Shown: one piece after another, positions 63,586 to 64,000 of the stretch | How positions within the stretch are numbered: position 1 is the first letter of the stretch | How the letters are laid out: each line of letters starts with the position of its first letter | NCBI GenBank assembly: GCA_947629815.1 | Contig: CANRFG010000001.1 | Coordinates: 27,468 to 91,467, forward strand | Direction: 5' to 3' | Length of the DNA stretch: 64,000 nt | Source of the DNA: an uncultured Bacilli bacterium | Lineage (GTDB): Bacteria > Bacillota_I > Bacilli_A > RF39 > UBA660 | Program-made: the position numbers and the translations under genes | Notes under the pieces: model-generated | What the model was told of the DNA's origin: nothing | Seen by the model: the letters and a program-made list of their open reading frames with translations, nothing else | The model's database searches: none

Positions 63586-63708
63586 AAATGTTAATTTGTT
63601 TAACATTTTTTATATAATCTTTGAATTTTAAAAAAATTTTTGAATAAAATTAAAATAAGGTTTACAAATTTCAATTCTTTTGTTATAATCTACATCGAGT
63701 ATTAATTT

Positions 63709-63750
63709 ACTCCTTGCTCATAAGTGAGCCGGTAGACCATAAGGAGGTGG
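63709..63750 (+). ncRNA. rpsF leader (S6:S18 autoregulatory RNA)
   Basis: ACTCCTT-GCTCA-TAAG-TGAGC-CGGTAGACCAT-AAGGAGGT with anti-SD pairing; promoter TTTACA-17-TATAAT at 63661-63689. Confidence 0.8.
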
Positions 63751-63754
63751 GAAA

Positions 63755-64000
63755 ATGAAAAACTATGAAATTATGTTTATCGTTCGTCCTACACTATCAG
63801 AAGATGAAATAAAGAAAGTAGCTTCTTCTTTTGAAAAAGTGTTAAAGGACAATGGTGCGACTGATATCAAAGTTGATTCAATGGGACAAAGAGAATTAGC
63901 TTATGAAATTAAAGATTTCAAGAGTGGATATTATTATGTAATGACTTGTTCATCAAATGATGATAAAGCTGTAAAAGAATTTGATCGTTTAGCTTTAATA
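63755..64000 (+). CDS. rpsF: 30S ribosomal protein S6 (partial, runs off the window)
   Basis: MKNYEIMFIVRPTL...MGQRELAYEIKDFKSGYY. Confidence 0.96.
   Translation, partial: MKNYEIMFIVRPTLSEDEIKKVASSFEKVLKDNGATDIKVDSMGQRELAYEIKDFKSGYYYVMTCSSNDDKAVKEFDRLALI

Overview
Very AT-rich chromosome segment of a walled, genome-reduced Bacilli-type firmicute (standard code: TGA ends genes, TGG encodes Trp; lineage such as RF39-like Bacilli is inference only). It spans the replication origin. Minus strand, left of oriC: whiA, yvcK, lgt, yvlD-like, uvrB, an accessory region (about 4.9-17 kb), then noc, rsmG, mnmG, mnmE, jag, yidC, rnpA, rpmH. Plus strand, right of oriC: dnaA, dnaN, comK, recF, gyrB, gyrA, three parS sites, SRP RNA, tadA, dnaX, recR, holB, mfd, spoVT, tatD, rsmA, ung, tilS, ftsH, parAB, ychF, rpsF. 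Most notable: (1) four copies of the uvrB terminator/promoter/5'-end block separate accessory cassettes next to a tyrosine-integrase remnant, suggesting repeated cassette accretion at the uvrB 5' end; (2) one cassette is a self-contained operon of a Zn-ribbon/TPR-TIR-5TM-2xSH3b protein, an SPFH-Zn-ribbon protein and an LRR-like membrane protein, a candidate undescribed membrane-sensing TIR system whose TIR gene carries one premature stop; (3) a pilin-like gene has a G11 tract between -35 and -10 (phase-variable promoter); (4) Noc has a ~250-aa Q/N/P-rich insert and no obvious N-terminal membrane helix, yet NBS-like palindromes are kept in rare codons; (5) FtsH has a C-terminal Rho_N-like domain; (6) a structured attenuator-like leader precedes a DUF2798-like gene. 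No tRNA, rRNA or CRISPR array was seen. All family assignments are by motif recognition, not database search.
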